DNA of 53,194 bases, the filler included, from Squatina squatina (Eukaryota), in assembly GCA_031763465.1 (NCBI GenBank). It is 2 parts of 2 records of this genome, joined end to end, with 100 filler letters (N's around TTAATTAATTAA, not from the genome) between each part and the next. Parts side by side here need not be neighbours in the genome. Positions count along the whole stretch, not along the records: positions 29,110 to 53,194 come from JARFOE010000001.1; 1 more part is not named here. One strand, given 5' to 3'. Made by a program: the position numbers and the translations under genes. Shown piece after piece: positions 50,962 to 53,194 of this stretch (position 1 is the first letter of the stretch; each line of letters begins with the position of its first letter). The notes under the pieces are model-generated. The model was given only the letters and a program-made list of their open reading frames with translations, was not told where the DNA came from and ran no database searches.

Positions 50962-51041
50962 TCAGTTGTTAAGCTCATTCAGGACAACTCTCAGTTCACT
51001 ATTGAGACGACGATTTCTCTCTACCTCCTGACGGATGCGCT
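50962..51041 (-). CDS. TPM2: Tropomyosin alternative terminal exon 9c (not in ORF track)
   Basis: gtttcaatag|(E)RIRQEVERNRRLNSELRVVLNELNN*. Resembles neuronal 9c exons (TPM1 QLEQNRRLTNELKLALNE, TPM3 QLERNRLLSNELKL) and lies upstream of 9d as expected. Confidence 0.78.
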
Positions 51042-53194
51042 CTATTGAAACAGCATCAGTGACAGCAGATGAAAGAAGAGAAAGCAGTGTTAGTCATGTG
51101 GAACAGATCACCTGGTTTTAACAGGTTTAAACTATTCACATGAAGAAAGAAGAAAAACACACATATAAATCAAAGAAAGTGCATCTCAGGTTTACAGCAA
51201 GAATAGAGTCTGAAAGAGAATTTGGAAAATAGTTGAGAAAGTTTAAAAAAGCAGCAACATTTTGTTTATCTGCACACTCTTGAATATGATCTAAAATCAG
51301 GCTGGCATGTAACAGTGTCGGAAACAACTTCCCAAACCAAAAACAAACTCCGCAAACTGATTTACTGCCACAATTTGGGGCATTATTCATTAGATACACT
51401 AACCCATAGAGTGTTGTACCACCTTGGGGGAGGGGGTGACACCCTGCCATCTCAACAGTGTACCAATCACAAATTGGCTCAGTGCCAATGTGCAGAGTGA
51501 AAGAAGGTCATCAGTGATGCAACACTTAACCAAAACTCCAACTTGCTGTGGTGTTTGAGGGATGGATTAGTTGAGTCACAAATTATTTGCTAGACAATGT
51601 CAATTGATTGCTCAACCTCATCTTGCCCCAGTCAGCCAGAAAAACTAGAAGCAACCAATATATATTAGGAGAGAAATACAGATAAAACTTATTTTAAAAA
51701 GGCTCAAGCAGCAGATTTTCATACACCAGCCTCAGTAACAATCATGTGAATTCAGTCAAATGAGGTACTCGTATCAAAGTAATATATATTACTACTGAAC
51801 AGCAATGAGTCTTCAAGATGGACCTTAGAAGCCCAGGGGCAGGGGCAGGAAAGCTGTAGGCAAAATAGTAATGCATTACTGCACAGTTACTGCCAACTGC
51901 AATCAAACTTGGTAATTAAAAAACCAGAGTGACAGGGGTTTACATGGAATTCCTCCAGTCTCCAATTTGAGAAGGTTTTGCAAAAGCCAGGTTGTTTGGG
52001 ATGGGACGGAGAAAGGGGCTCAACTTTTTGTTAGAATACATGGATGCTTTTGTAATAAAATAAATGATCAAGAGGCTCTCCCTCCCATCTCCATTCCACA
52101 GGGAGATTGGGGGTAAATTGGTTAAAAAAAAGTAAAAATAAATTAAGGTCATTACTGTTCCTTTCTACTTATTTTGAATACTTTTATCTCTAATCAGAGG
52201 GCCACTTATTTCAGCCATCTTCATGTTATCTGTTCCCTGCTAAATAATGTAAAGTCATAACTTCAATGTAAATAGTTTAAATAATGTTATGGGTCAGATT
52301 TTACAACTACAAGCCCACAGTGAAATCCTAACTACAAAGAGTTCACAATATCCTACATGGTTTAAGTGAGTAATAATTCACTGGTATTACATCCAGTGTA
52401 GAAGTAGTGCAAAGGGTAATACACAAACCAGGTGCAGCATCTACCCACCTCGCATACACTATTTACTATACAAAAAAAATATTATTGATGCTCATATTTG
52501 AGCATTTCAAAGATGGTCTCTTGCCCTGCCCTCCTCCACCCAATCATGATTAAATATTAAAAGCAGTTCTAAATGTTGGCTACTTTATTTTTCTTAGTCA
52601 GAGTACACCACGTTTACTCATTAAAGCTATTTGAATTTGCTTCCATTTTTAAACTGATGTATGCATTCCAAGGCTCTTGTCTCTTTCCCTTACTCAAGCT
52701 ACATAAACATGGGGTCAGCACACTGCCATCATTCGAATTGTTATGTGTGTGGTTATATGCGATCCATTACAAAAAGTTTCACTACAATATCAAATCTCTC
52801 ACGGGAGGAATCATCAACATTTAAGCCAAGAATTAGAGAACAGGGAATAATGCAATCAAACCAAGATCTACCAATGGGAGTTATTCTAATAAAAGGTACC
52901 CAGAACTTCAGAAAGGGTTAACACAAAGTCAAGTGTCTCCATTGTAAAATAATGTGGAGCTGCTTTTAGCGTCCGTCAGGAAAAGTCCCCTCACATTCAT
53001 CTCCATGTACGCTTTAGTCCAGAGCTGCCAAGTGCGTTGAGTTTGTGATGCTCTTGTCCGTACTAAGTAGGAGTGAGGAATCTACAGTATGTTGCAGTGG
53101 GTTATTGCCATTCTGATGTGTCTACATTTGAACTGTAGGATGGAGCGTATTTTGTTCTTCCCCATTTGAATGCCGGCTTGTGTAGAACATGACG

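Overview
Vertebrate genomic DNA, most likely a cartilaginous fish (shark-like CR1, DeuSINE and Penelope repeats). It comes from a very fragmented scaffold of 0.5-3 kb contigs joined by 100-N and 10-N gaps, so only scattered exons of each gene are present and adjacencies across gaps are provisional. Reading splice-bounded exons by hand (many are missing from the ORF track) gives this order: COL6A3(+), COPS8(-), ACKR3(-), IQCA1(+), CFAP410(-), TRPM2(+), an ecto-ADP-ribosyltransferase(-), an unconventional myosin(-), a CA9-like carbonic anhydrase(+), an APH1-like gene(-) and a tropomyosin(-). Main observations: an APH1 gamma-secretase paralogue between CA9-like and tropomyosin genes, where human has none; a CpG-rich bacterial ABC-permease fragment contiguous with host DNA; a non-MYO3A/B myosin; an ARTC with a true transmembrane tail; an atypical Kunitz exon in COL6A3; and a minimal Penelope-type hammerhead ribozyme. 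All homology calls come from recalled protein sequences, not database searches.
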